From an uncultured Gemmatimonadaceae bacterium (GTDB lineage: Bacteria; Gemmatimonadota; Gemmatimonadetes; Gemmatimonadales; Gemmatimonadaceae), in contig CAWAGQ010000008.1 in NCBI GenBank assembly GCA_963781585.1, positions 352,001 to 416,000 of the forward strand: a stretch of DNA of 64,000 bases. Reading direction: 5' to 3'. Position numbers and translations under genes: made by a program. Below are positions 19,107 through 28,734 of this stretch, one piece after another. The notes beneath the pieces were generated by a model. That model worked only from the letters and a program-made list of their open reading frames with translations, made no database searches and was not told the origin of the DNA. Every line of letters starts with the position of its first letter. Positions within the stretch are counted from its first letter, which is position 1.

Positions 19107-20435
19107 GTGACCGACCCCAGGGTTTCATCAGATCGTGCGCGTCGAACGCCGCCGATGAATCGGCGGCTCGAGGAGCGCCGCACGCCGGTTGGTGTGCCAT
19201 CGGCGCCGGTGGGCCACCGGAAGCGAGTGTGCGTGGTGATCGGAACGCGTCCGGAGGCGATCAAGATGGCCCCGGTGATTACGGAGCTCGAGCGTCACGC
19301 CGAGGAATTCGAGACCGTGATCGTCGCCACGGCACAGCATCGAGAGATGCTCGCGCAGGCGATGTCGGCGTTTCAGCTGCGGCCGCACATCGATCTGGGC
19401 CTGATGGCGACCCGTCAGGCGCTGTCGGACTTCACGTCGCGTGCCCTGCTGGCGCTGTCGAGCTGCTTCACCGAATTGCGGCCGGACCTCGTGCTGGTGC
19501 AGGGGGACACGACCACGGTCCTCGCGGCGGCTCTGGCAGCGCGGTATCTGGGCATTCCGGTGGGGCATGTCGAAGCGGGGCTACGCTCCGGGAGTCTGCA
19601 CAATCCATTTCCCGAGGAATTGAATCGTCGGCTGGCGAGCGTGATCGCGGAGCTGCATTTCGCGCCGACCGAAACGGCGCGCGCCAATCTACTGCGCGAG
19701 GGCATTCCGAACGATCGCATTCTGGTGACCGGCAATACCATCGTGGATGCGCTGGCGCGGATTCCGCGTCGGGCAGGATTTGACGAGCCGCGGCTGAACC
19801 TGTTGCCGTGGGTGTCGCAGCGGATGGTGTTGGTCACGGTGCATCGACGGGAGAGCATCGGAGATCCGCTGCGCGGCATGTGTCGGGCGTTAGGCGCGCT
19901 GGCGGATCGATATCGCGACCTGCTGATTCTCTTTCCGGTGCACCTGAATCCGCGGGTGCGAGAGATCGTGCTCGAGGAGCTGGCGGGGCGGGCGGGTGTC
20001 GAGCTGCTGGACCCCCTGAGCTATCCCGACCTGCTCGAAGTCGCACGTCGCAGTCTGTTTGTGATGACCGACTCGGGCGGGATCCAGGAGGAGTGCCCGT
20101 CGCTGCGCAAGCCGGTACTGGTACTCCGCGAAACCACGGAGCGCCCGGAGGTGATTCAGGCCGGATACGGGCGTCTGGTGGGGACCGATCCCACGGCGAT
20201 CGTCTCGGCGGCGTCGCAGCTTCTGGACGATCCTCTGGCACTGGCAGCGATGATTGATGGGGACAACCCATTTGGCGATGGGCTTGCGGCGGTTCGCATC
20301 GTACAGGCGCTGCACCGGTGGGCGCGCGAGGGTGTGACGGCGGGGGCAATTCCACGGGTGGTGCCGGGCGTAGGAACCCTGAGTCCGCTGGAGCAGGATC
20401 CTGCGGGAGCGGTCCGCAAGGCGACGGCCTTATGA
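19107..20435 (+). CDS. wecB: Non-hydrolysing UDP-N-acetylglucosamine 2-epimerase
   Basis: GTRPEAIKMAP, VQGDTT, GHVEAGLRS, PFPEE.NR, TGNTIVDA, HRRE, TDSGGIQEE, ERPE. Confidence 0.95.
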   Translation: MTDPRVSSDRARRTPPMNRRLEERRTPVGVPSAPVGHRKRVCVVIGTRPEAIKMAPVITELERHAEEFETVIVATAQHREMLAQAMSAFQLRPHIDLGLMATRQALSDFTSRALLALSSCFTELRPDLVLVQGDTTTVLAAALAARYLGIPVGHVEAGLRSGSLHNPFPEELNRRLASVIAELHFAPTETARANLLREGIPNDRILVTGNTIVDALARIPRRAGFDEPRLNLLPWVSQRMVLVTVHRRESIGDPLRGMCRALGALADRYRDLLILFPVHLNPRVREIVLEELAGRAGVELLDPLSYPDLLEVARRSLFVMTDSGGIQEECPSLRKPVLVLRETTERPEVIQAGYGRLVGTDPTAIVSAASQLLDDPLALAAMIDGDNPFGDGLAAVRIVQALHRWAREGVTAGAIPRVVPGVGTLSPLEQDPAGAVRKATAL

Positions 20436-21250
20436 GAGGGAGGGGACTGGCTGTCGCTGCCCGACTGGCGATGGTCTCGGCGACGTGTGGCGCGCTCGCC
20501 GGGCAGCTGCTTGCCCAGTCGCCCGACAGTTCGTCGGGCCGCAATCGTCGGATCGACCTTTCCGTGGACCAGCATCAGGTGAGCCATGGACTGGGAGATT
20601 GGCACAGCGCCGAACTGCGTCTGGTAATTCCACAAGCAGCGGGGCGCACCGTGTGGTATGGGGACGCGTTGTGGCGGCAGGCGTTCCATGACGAGGGTGT
20701 GTATGCGTCGGTGGCCGTTCAGCAGGTATTGTCGCGGGACTGGTTCGTCTTCGTGAGTCTGGGCGGCGGCAGCGGCGATTTCCTCTTTCCGGATCTCCGC
20801 GCGGACGCCTCCTTGTCGTACAAGTGGCTCGCCAGCCAGCGACTGGTGACGACGGTGGGAGGGACGATGGTTGACGCGAAGCGCGGCTATCGTGAAGAGA
20901 GCGTCTTTGCGGCGTTCGATGCATATCCAGTGGCGGGGATGGTCCTCGAAGCCGGAGTCCGTGGGAGCCGGACCTCGCCGGGGGGCGTGGATTCCCAGCG
21001 GACGTTTGGCGCACTCACGTTAGGCAGCGAAGGAACCCGCTATGTCACGTTTCGGGGCTCCACTGGCACCGAGGGATACCAACTACTGGGTCCGAGCACG
21101 GTGATAGCCAAGTTCACCAGCCACGAGGGCGCGGTGGGGTGGCGTGAGTGGCTGGGACGGACATGGGGAGCGCTGGCCCAGGGCGAGTACTACACGAACC
21201 CCAGCTATCGGCGGACGGGGGTGACGATCGGTGTCTTCGCGCACTGGTAG
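20432..21250 (+). CDS. YaiO-like outer-membrane beta-barrel protein
   Basis: Signal peptide, amphipathic strands, C-terminal YYTNPSYRRTGVTIGVFAHW; ATGA overlap with wecB. Confidence 0.75.
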   Translation: MRGRGLAVAARLAMVSATCGALAGQLLAQSPDSSSGRNRRIDLSVDQHQVSHGLGDWHSAELRLVIPQAAGRTVWYGDALWRQAFHDEGVYASVAVQQVLSRDWFVFVSLGGGSGDFLFPDLRADASLSYKWLASQRLVTTVGGTMVDAKRGYREESVFAAFDAYPVAGMVLEAGVRGSRTSPGGVDSQRTFGALTLGSEGTRYVTFRGSTGTEGYQLLGPSTVIAKFTSHEGAVGWREWLGRTWGALAQGEYYTNPSYRRTGVTIGVFAHW

Positions 21251-21266
21251 GACGCCGCCGTATGTG

Positions 21267-22106
21267 ATGATGGCGAAGGGTCGCGAGCGCCTGCTCGCGG
21301 AGCTTCGCCGGCGCGGAGCGCGTGGCGGCATCATCGGGCCGCACCGCGCCCTGGTAAAGGGGCGTCTCACGCCCTGGCGTCTTACGAGCATGGTCCTCAT
21401 TCCGGTGCTGCTCGCGAGCGGGACGGGATTGCTCCTGGCGCCGCTGAGCGACTGGTGGACGTGGGTGCTGACACTGCTGCAACGGCCACTGGGTCTGCCC
21501 GGCACGGTAGCGCGCGACGCGGTCACGATCGCCGGCCGCTTTTCCTTGGCGGTGCCGTACTTCACGACAGACGCGCCGCTTCCGGGCCCATCGCACTACT
21601 GGCTGGTTGGAGGGATCTGCGCCGTGGCGCTGGGTGCCTCGTTCATCCTGTCGCGCCGCTTCACACCGCTCATCTATTTCCTGCGCTTCGCGGTGCTGAT
21701 CCAGCTCACCGCCGTTCTCAATTTCGTGCTCAGGGGAGGCTCCTTTCCCTACGACCTCCCCCGATATCTGGTCAGCCTGTTCCACATCGGCGCCGCGGTC
21801 CTGATTCTCATGCCACTGGTGCTGGGCTTCACGTACTTCCCGTTCAACATCGCGACCTGGCGCAAGGTTCTGGTGACGGCACTCTGCGTGGGCCATATCG
21901 CGGTCCTGCTTCCCCTGCAGGTCACGGTGCACGCCTACCTCATCCATCACCTGTCACTGCTGGTGATGCCGACCCTGTTCTTCCTCTGGGGGATCCTGCT
22001 GCACCTGTTCGTGTTCGTGGCCCTCTACGCTTGGGCGATGAGCTGGCCGGACGTGACGCCTCGAGTTTCGGCGCGCGGTATGGCCACATCCACGGGCCGG
22101 GTCTGA
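21267..22106 (+). CDS. Multi-pass membrane protein of unknown function
   Basis: About six hydrophobic helices; sits inside the wecB-GT2 operon. Confidence 0.75.
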   Translation: MMAKGRERLLAELRRRGARGGIIGPHRALVKGRLTPWRLTSMVLIPVLLASGTGLLLAPLSDWWTWVLTLLQRPLGLPGTVARDAVTIAGRFSLAVPYFTTDAPLPGPSHYWLVGGICAVALGASFILSRRFTPLIYFLRFAVLIQLTAVLNFVLRGGSFPYDLPRYLVSLFHIGAAVLILMPLVLGFTYFPFNIATWRKVLVTALCVGHIAVLLPLQVTVHAYLIHHLSLLVMPTLFFLWGILLHLFVFVALYAWAMSWPDVTPRVSARGMATSTGRV

Positions 22107-22108
22107 CG

Positions 22109-23455
22109 ATGGTCATCACCGTCCTGCTCGTCCTGCTCTACGTTGTGGTCGCGGTGCTGGTGGCATATACCATCCGCCACTACGTGTTCACGCTCAATCG
22201 ACTGTTCGGTCGGCAGCGCCAGCCGTACGTGGACGTCACGGAGGCCGATTGGCCGCAAACGGTGGTGTTCATCCCGTGCCACAACGAGGAGAAGGTCATT
22301 GCCGGATCGCTGGATGCGCTTCTGGCGAACGACTATCCGCATGACCGCCTGACGATCATCCCGATCGACGACCGGTCGACGGACAGCACCGGTGAGATTC
22401 TCCGCGACTTCGCGGAGCGGCACCCGAATCTGGTCAAGCCGGTCTTCCGCAACGAAGGCCAGGCAGGAAAGGCGGCGGCGCTCGCGGAGACCGGTGCGCG
22501 GATTGGTGGCGATGTACATCTGGTGTTCGATGCCGACTACATCCCCGGGCCGCGACTGCTCAAGCAACTCGTAGCGCCGTTCTTCGATCCCGAGGTGGGG
22601 GCTGTGATGGGGCGTGTCGTCCCACATAACGTGGGTGACGGACTCCTGGTGCGGCTGCTCGATCTCGAACGGGCCGGCGGATACCAGGTGGATCAGCAAG
22701 CCCGCATGAATCTCGGTCTCATTCCGCAGTACGGTGGGACGGTGGGAGGCGTGAGGCGGGAGGCGCTGGCGAGCGTGGGTGGCTGGCGGACCGATACCCT
22801 GGCCGAGGATACGGACATCACCTACCGGCTCTATCTGCGCGGATGGGAGGTCGCCTACCAGAACCGCTCCGAATGCTATGAGGAGGTGCCGGAGACCTGG
22901 AATACGCGCATCCGGCAGATCCGGCGGTGGGCACACGGGCACAATCAGGCGCTGGGACGCTACCTGGGTGCGCTGTTGCGGAAGCCTCGTCATTTTCCGC
23001 TGTCGAGGGCCGCCGATGGCATCCTGCTGCTGGGGGTGTTTGCCGTGGCACCGGTGCTCCTGTTCGGGTGGGCCGTTGCGATTGCGCTCTACTACCTGGG
23101 ATACCAGCTGCCTACCGGTGTCCTGGCTGTCCTGATCGTCTCGGCGTTCAGCACGCTCGGTAATTTCGCGGCGTTCTTCGAGGTGGCGACGGCGACGCGT
23201 CTGGACGGCTCGCGGCACCGGGTGCGTCTGCTGCCGTTCCTGTTCTTCGGATTCCTGGTGAGTCTGATCTCGGTGTCCCAGGAGTCCCTGCGCCAGTTGT
23301 TCCGCTGGCCGGGAAAGCGCGCCGTCGTCTGGCACAAGACCGAGCGCTACCGCGCCAATAACCACGTTGTCTCCGGGAATGGCATGACGAACGGTGCCGT
23401 ACGGGCGAACGGCGATGCCTTGAAGCGCCGCCCGGACGACGAGGAGAAAGCGTGA
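22109..23455 (+). CDS. Processive GT2 glycosyltransferase (synthase type)
   Basis: DDRSTD, FDAD, LAED and QIRRW (D,D,D,QxxRW) with flanking TM helices. Confidence 0.92.
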   Translation: MVITVLLVLLYVVVAVLVAYTIRHYVFTLNRLFGRQRQPYVDVTEADWPQTVVFIPCHNEEKVIAGSLDALLANDYPHDRLTIIPIDDRSTDSTGEILRDFAERHPNLVKPVFRNEGQAGKAAALAETGARIGGDVHLVFDADYIPGPRLLKQLVAPFFDPEVGAVMGRVVPHNVGDGLLVRLLDLERAGGYQVDQQARMNLGLIPQYGGTVGGVRREALASVGGWRTDTLAEDTDITYRLYLRGWEVAYQNRSECYEEVPETWNTRIRQIRRWAHGHNQALGRYLGALLRKPRHFPLSRAADGILLLGVFAVAPVLLFGWAVAIALYYLGYQLPTGVLAVLIVSAFSTLGNFAAFFEVATATRLDGSRHRVRLLPFLFFGFLVSLISVSQESLRQLFRWPGKRAVVWHKTERYRANNHVVSGNGMTNGAVRANGDALKRRPDDEEKA

Positions 23456-24552
23456 GCGCGCTGGTCTTCGCCGTTCTGCTGCTGGGCACCGCGGCGTGGT
23501 TCCTTCTGCCACTGACACCGGCGCTCAAGGAACTCCTCCGGCCGAGCGATGCCGAACCGCTGACGATGGTCGGGCAGGACTCCGGCGATCTGATGATCTT
23601 TGCGGAGGGGTTTCGGAACTATCTGCGGAGCCAGGTTCCGGAAGCAGTCTCGCCGGGCATGATGATGTCCGGCGCGGCGGATCACCTGCCTGACGGAACG
23701 CCGTTCGTCCACGTGAACGGGCGACCCGAAGTGCTTCAGGAGGCAGCAGACGCACAGCGGCTCATCTCGCAGCTGGTTCTGGCGAGCGGACCGGTACAAC
23801 TGCCGGGCGGGGAGACGTTTCTCCTGGAGCTGTACGCCCGCGACACGTTCATGGGTGGGCCGGGAGCGGTGTACCGCGCGATTCTCGGTGAGAGCGACGT
23901 GAGAATCGGCGAAGGATCCACGGTGCTGCGCTGGGTCCACGCCGAGCACGATCTCACGATCGGCGACGGGTCGCACCTCTCAAGCCGTGCCAGCGCCGTG
24001 GGCGAGATGCGGCTCGGTGAAGGCGTTCGCTTCTCGCGGGTGCGCGCCACACGTATCGTCGTGGGCGGTGAGAATCCTCTGCCTCCAGAGATCCCGGCGC
24101 CGCTTCTGGCAGGCACCATGAAGATGCCGCGGAGCGCGCGACAGGAGCGGGGATTCATTCGGGTCGTTGGTGATCTTTCGATTCCTCCTGGTGCATCGGT
24201 TCTCGGGACGCTCGTCGTGCGTGGATCGCTGCGGCTCGGCGCGAACGCGCGAATCTGCGGCAGCGTGAAAGTCCACGGCGCGTGTCATCTGGAGACCGGC
24301 GCGATCGTGGACGGGAGTCTTGTCTGTCGTGGTGACATTGATCTCGCGAAGGGTTGCCGTGTGGTGGGTCCAGTGATTGCCGATGGCGACGTGTGGCTCG
24401 GCGAAGGATGTTCGGTCGGCGCACCAGGTCATCCGGCGTCTGTCGTTGGTGCCGACGTGGTGTGCGGAACGGGGTCGCAGATCTACGGCGCGGTCACGGC
24501 ACGGGCGGACGGACAGACCGCCACTGCGCGACCCACCGCGCGCGCTCGCTGA
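23452..24552 (+). CDS. Membrane-anchored beta-helix / bactofilin-like repeat protein
   Basis: N-terminal TM FLLPLTPAL.E; repeated V.G.L...G.L.L/IG units; GTGA overlap with GT2. Confidence 0.7.
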   Translation: MSALVFAVLLLGTAAWFLLPLTPALKELLRPSDAEPLTMVGQDSGDLMIFAEGFRNYLRSQVPEAVSPGMMMSGAADHLPDGTPFVHVNGRPEVLQEAADAQRLISQLVLASGPVQLPGGETFLLELYARDTFMGGPGAVYRAILGESDVRIGEGSTVLRWVHAEHDLTIGDGSHLSSRASAVGEMRLGEGVRFSRVRATRIVVGGENPLPPEIPAPLLAGTMKMPRSARQERGFIRVVGDLSIPPGASVLGTLVVRGSLRLGANARICGSVKVHGACHLETGAIVDGSLVCRGDIDLAKGCRVVGPVIADGDVWLGEGCSVGAPGHPASVVGADVVCGTGSQIYGAVTARADGQTATARPTARAR

Positions 24553-24842
24553 AACAACGAACAGCGCGCAGAGCACTGCTCGGCCAGCTCCATCCATGCC
24601 CCGCCCGTCGAGTCGTGGACAGGCGGGGGCCACGTCATGGACGCGGATTTGGCGCGCGGTCACGCGCGACGCACTGGCGCATCCGTCGTGGCATCAGCAC
24701 CGCAGGAGTTGCGTTGCGTGCGTGCCACACAACGGCGATCACGTTCGCACGCGGTGAGTTCTGACGCGCAGTCGGGGACTCCATCCGGTGGCGGATTGGT
24801 GGTTGCGCATGGCCGCCGGATCATTTGATTTGTCCAATGCCT

Positions 24843-24857
24843 GGGCACAGGGATTGC
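24843..24857 (+). promoter_or_regulatory. Putative sigma-54 (-24/-12) promoter for the PEP-CTERM gene
   Basis: GGGCACAGGGATTGC = GG-N10-GC with GGCAC and TTGC. Confidence 0.5.
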
Positions 24858-24992
24858 GAGCCAGGTCACCGGGTTCGTGTGCGCTTTCGCGTCGAACTCG
24901 AGTTGTGTGAGGCGGCGAGGGCGTAAGGCGCGAACAGTCGCCCTGATCGTGCAATCGGCACGACCGTGATGCGGCACTTGAGGTCTTGTTCC

Positions 24993-25859
24993 ATGCTGAC
25001 CAAGCGATGTTACCGGGTTGCGCTGTGTGCGACGCTGGTTGCGCCCATCGTCGCGAGCGCGCAGCGAGTCGTAACGAACGGCGGCCCGTGGGTACCTGAC
25101 TCACGCGGCTCGTCGGTCTTCGGGCTCATTACCGGCGCGAATCCCCGCTACGGAAATGGGTCGCTCCAGCTGAGCCTGACCGGCCAACTGACGGACTGGT
25201 CGTGGTTCAACCTGTTTTCGGGGGATCCGTATCTCACTCAGGGGTGGGGGCTGCTATCCGACGTCAGCGCCGTGGGCTTTGACTGGTACCGGGTAGGGAT
25301 GCCGCCGGCTGGTGACGTTCCGTGGCAAGAGCAGACGCCGGCACTCAGGCTCTACATCCGGAGTGGCGATCCGAGCTCCCCGGAATTCTCCGAGCTCGTC
25401 TGGGAGCGCTATTACAACGTGGCGAGTCCGACTCCGACCGATCAATGGGTCGTTGAGAACCTGCTGGCGGACGAGGTTTTCTGGCGATTCGTGACGGGGG
25501 AAGGGTACACGATCGCGGACTGCAGCAACCCGTCGACGATCACTCCGGGGATACCGTTGAAGACGGAGACGCCCGCTGATTGGGGCAACGGGTCGAACTG
25601 TTTTCCCTCCAACGCGGTCGTCTACGGGATCGGTGTCGGTCTTGGGAGCAACTGGCCGTACCCATATGAGGCATTTGTGGACAACGTCCGGCTCGGCTTC
25701 GGGGACCAGAATCTGACGGTGTGGGACAACTTCGAGCTGGCGGATGCGAACTCGACGCCCGAGCCCGCGTCGCTGGTGCTATTGGCCAGCGCGCTGGTGG
25801 GCGTTGGTGGTGGGGCCATGGCCCGGCGTCGGCGTCTCCGGGCGAACGCGCGAGCGTAG
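24993..25859 (+). CDS. PEP-CTERM sorting-domain surface protein
   Basis: Signal ending ASAQ; C-terminal TPEPASLVLLASALVGVGGGAMARRRR; GAGG RBS. Confidence 0.88.
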   Translation: MLTKRCYRVALCATLVAPIVASAQRVVTNGGPWVPDSRGSSVFGLITGANPRYGNGSLQLSLTGQLTDWSWFNLFSGDPYLTQGWGLLSDVSAVGFDWYRVGMPPAGDVPWQEQTPALRLYIRSGDPSSPEFSELVWERYYNVASPTPTDQWVVENLLADEVFWRFVTGEGYTIADCSNPSTITPGIPLKTETPADWGNGSNCFPSNAVVYGIGVGLGSNWPYPYEAFVDNVRLGFGDQNLTVWDNFELADANSTPEPASLVLLASALVGVGGGAMARRRRLRANARA

Positions 25860-25966
25860 GCCCTTCCGTTCTCATCTCCGCGGCTGGCTCCCGGGCCAGG
25901 CTCCGCGCCAGGCTGTCGCGTGCTGCGGAGCGAGCGCTACCGCGCCTAACGATTCCAGAGACCGAG

Positions 25967-26014
25967 ACGGGCTGCGGCGCCAGGATCCCCGGAGATCCTG
26001 GCGCCGCAGCCCGT
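25967..26014. repeat. Perfect 21-bp inverted repeat with 6-nt loop between convergent genes
   Basis: ACGGGCTGCGGCGCCAGGATC-cccgga-GATCCTGGCGCCGCAGCCCGT. Confidence 0.9.
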
Positions 26015-26319
26015 GAACGGCGACAACCCAGTCGCCAGCGTACAACGTAAGACGAACCACGCATTTGCGCGAGTCCGTGGTGCGGAATCGCGCCGGCATC
26101 TCTGCCGTACGGCTGCCACTCTGATGCCGTCCTCCGGTGCGGTGCCCGACCAGCCGCCGTCGCGATCGCACCGCTACCATGACCAAGGACCTCGGCTGGT
26201 GGCGATTTGGTCACCGGTTCACGAGGTGCTCACGACGGTACGCCCCGGCGGCTGGTCCCGGATGCCCTCCCCGAAGGCAGTGCCTAACGAGGCTGCCGCC
26301 AGGCGGGGAGGCGTCGCGT

Positions 26320-26796
26320 CTACTGCAACAAGCTCACCTTGACCGCAAAGGCAACCGAATTGACGCCTTGAGCAACCATCGTGGCCGAGATGAAATAGTC
26401 GCCTGCAGGGAGACGCTGCGCAGATCCCGGGGGGTAAAAGGCGGAGCCACCTTTCCAGACAAAGATCTGCTCCACCGTGCCGTTGCTGGGGAGCACCATC
26501 TGCGACGGTATCGGAACGCAGTCATATCTGCCGCCCGGTGGCACCACGGTCTGCGAGGTCGTGTTGCGAATGAACACCTCGATCTGGCACGATGTGGGGA
26601 AGAGAATGCGAACCTGATCAGCCGTGGGATTCATGGCGCTCACGGTGATTGTGTCTGTTGCTCCCGGCGCGAGCTGGCTCGAACTCACACGGATCTGCAG
26701 CCCGAATGTCTGTTCCGGCGCTTTCGGAACCGTGCTTTGCTGGACGCAGGCTGCCGAGACGATAATCAGAGCTGGGACGAACGGACGTCGCGCCAT
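26320..26796 (-). CDS. Lipoprotein with Ig-like (BsuPI-like) domain
   Basis: Lipobox SAAC; ILFPTSC, VWKG...LPAGDY. Confidence 0.65.
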   Translation of the reverse strand: MARRPFVPALIIVSAACVQQSTVPKAPEQTFGLQIRVSSSQLAPGATDTITVSAMNPTADQVRILFPTSCQIEVFIRNTTSQTVVPPGGRYDCVPIPSQMVLPSNGTVEQIFVWKGGSAFYPPGSAQRLPAGDYFISATMVAQGVNSVAFAVKVSLLQ

Positions 26797-26979
26797 GCTT
26801 CCATACTACGGTGGATGGGAACGACGCGACACCCATGCGGGGGCCGCACGCACTCAGGCGCCCCTTGCAACTGCGGGCCCTCGGGGAAAGTTCCGCCAGC
26901 AGGACAGGAGGAAGATCCAATTGCTCCCCTCGATGCCTGACACGAGCGCCGAAGGCCGGCGCGGTAACGCAGGACAGGT

Positions 26980-27795
26980 GTGAACACGGATCGAGCAGGG
27001 TCCAACCGTGGCGCGCCGTCAGGTCAGCCGGAGATCCGGCGTCTCTCGCACGACAGCACCAACCGCAGAATGTTCGAGTTGGCACGTCCCTTCCTTGTCG
27101 CAGGGGCGCGGGTTCTCGACCTCGGTGCGGGTGAGGGCTACTTCTCACGGCTGGTTGGCGACCATCTCCGTCATGGCATCGGCGTGGATCCGTCGGCGGT
27201 GCTCTCGGCGTGTGACGCGGTTCCCGGGCAGTTCCGGTACGCCGACGTGGCGTGTGACGGGATCGGCGATGCCGGCGATCTGCCCTACGCCGACCAGAAG
27301 TTCGATCTGGTCTGCAGCCTGGAGGTGATCGAACATGTGGAAGATCAGTTCGCGTTCCTTCGAGAGGCGCACCGGGTGCTCAAGCCTGGCGGTATGCTGG
27401 TCGTGAGCACTCCAAACGTGCTCAACATGAATTCGCGGTGGCGGTATCTGCACTCGGGGTTCGCGCAGCTGTTCGATCCGCTTCCGCTGGACGAGCGAGA
27501 CATCGTGCATACGTCCGGTCACATTCATCCGGTGTCGTACTACTATCTGGCGTACGCGCTGCGAGCCGCCGGATTCCGTGGAGTCGGCGTGACCTACGAT
27601 CACTACAAGCGATCGGCTGTTGCGCAGCTGGTGCTGCTGGCGCCGCTGATCGGGCTTGGACGCCTCGGGTTCCGGCTGCGCATGCGCCGCAAGCGTCGCC
27701 GCGAGATGGAGCAGAACCGCGACTTCGTGAAAGCCATGGATTCGTTCGCGATGCTGACGTCGCGGAGCATCATCGTTTCGGCACGTCGGGCCTGA
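26980..27795 (+). CDS. Class I SAM-dependent methyltransferase
   Basis: [35 protein letters not shown]. Confidence 0.9.
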   Translation: MNTDRAGSNRGAPSGQPEIRRLSHDSTNRRMFELARPFLVAGARVLDLGAGEGYFSRLVGDHLRHGIGVDPSAVLSACDAVPGQFRYADVACDGIGDAGDLPYADQKFDLVCSLEVIEHVEDQFAFLREAHRVLKPGGMLVVSTPNVLNMNSRWRYLHSGFAQLFDPLPLDERDIVHTSGHIHPVSYYYLAYALRAAGFRGVGVTYDHYKRSAVAQLVLLAPLIGLGRLGFRLRMRRKRRREMEQNRDFVKAMDSFAMLTSRSIIVSARRA

Positions 27796-27821
27796 AAGCG
27801 CACTCGCGCGCAGATCGATTC

Positions 27822-28703
27822 ATGCCCGAGCTGCCCGACATCACCGTCTATCTGGAAGCGCTTTCGGCGCGGATTCTGGGCGCGCGGCTGAACGGGATCC
27901 GGGTGGTTCGCCCATTCGTGCTGCGATCCGTGGATCCGCCGCTCGCCCGGGTGGCAGGATGCCGCGTGGAGGGCCTGCGCCGAATCGGGAAGCGCATCGT
28001 GCTGGCGTTCGAGGGCGACATCTTTCTGGTAATCCACCTGATGATCGCGGGCCGGCTGCGCTGGCGCCCGCCGGGCAAGGCGATCCCGCCGTCTCTGGTG
28101 CTCGCCTCCTTCGATTTTCCGGACGGCACTCTGGTCCTGACGGAAGCGGGGAAGAAACGTCGTGCATCGCTGCACGTGGTGAGCGGGGAGGAATCGCTTC
28201 GCCAATTCGATCGCGGCGGCCTCGAGGTCTTCGACGCCTCAATGGCGGCGTTCGGGGCGCGCCTGCGGAGCGAGAACCACACGGTGAAGCGGTCCCTGAC
28301 GGATCCGCGTCTTTTCAGCGGCATCGGGAACGCGTACTCGGATGAGATCCTGCATCGAGCCCGCCTCTCGCCGCTCGTGCTCACGTCTCGACTCACGGAT
28401 GACGAGATCGCGCGCCTGCAGGCAGCCACAAAGCAGGTACTGGAAGAGTGGACGGCACTGCTGCGTGAAGAAACAGGCGGCGGTTTTCCGGAGCAGGTGA
28501 CCGCCTTTCGTGAAGGAATGGCGGTGCATGGTCGTTTCGGGAAACCGTGTCCGGTATGCGGCGCGCCCGTGCAGCGGATTCGCTACGCCGACAATGAGAC
28601 GAACTACTGCGCACGTTGCCAGACTGGCGGACGCCTCCTGGCCGACCGCGGACTTTCGCGGTTGCTGCGAGCGGACTGGCCGAGGTCGATAGACGATCTG
28701 TAG
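27822..28703 (+). CDS. Fpg/Nei family DNA glycosylase
   Basis: MPELPD start, HLMIAGRL, H2[13 protein letters not shown], zinc finger CPVC...CARCQ. Confidence 0.92.
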   Translation: MPELPDITVYLEALSARILGARLNGIRVVRPFVLRSVDPPLARVAGCRVEGLRRIGKRIVLAFEGDIFLVIHLMIAGRLRWRPPGKAIPPSLVLASFDFPDGTLVLTEAGKKRRASLHVVSGEESLRQFDRGGLEVFDASMAAFGARLRSENHTVKRSLTDPRLFSGIGNAYSDEILHRARLSPLVLTSRLTDDEIARLQAATKQVLEEWTALLREETGGGFPEQVTAFREGMAVHGRFGKPCPVCGAPVQRIRYADNETNYCARCQTGGRLLADRGLSRLLRADWPRSIDDL

Positions 28704-28734
28704 GTGCGCCGGCGCGCTGCCGCGACCACGGCGT

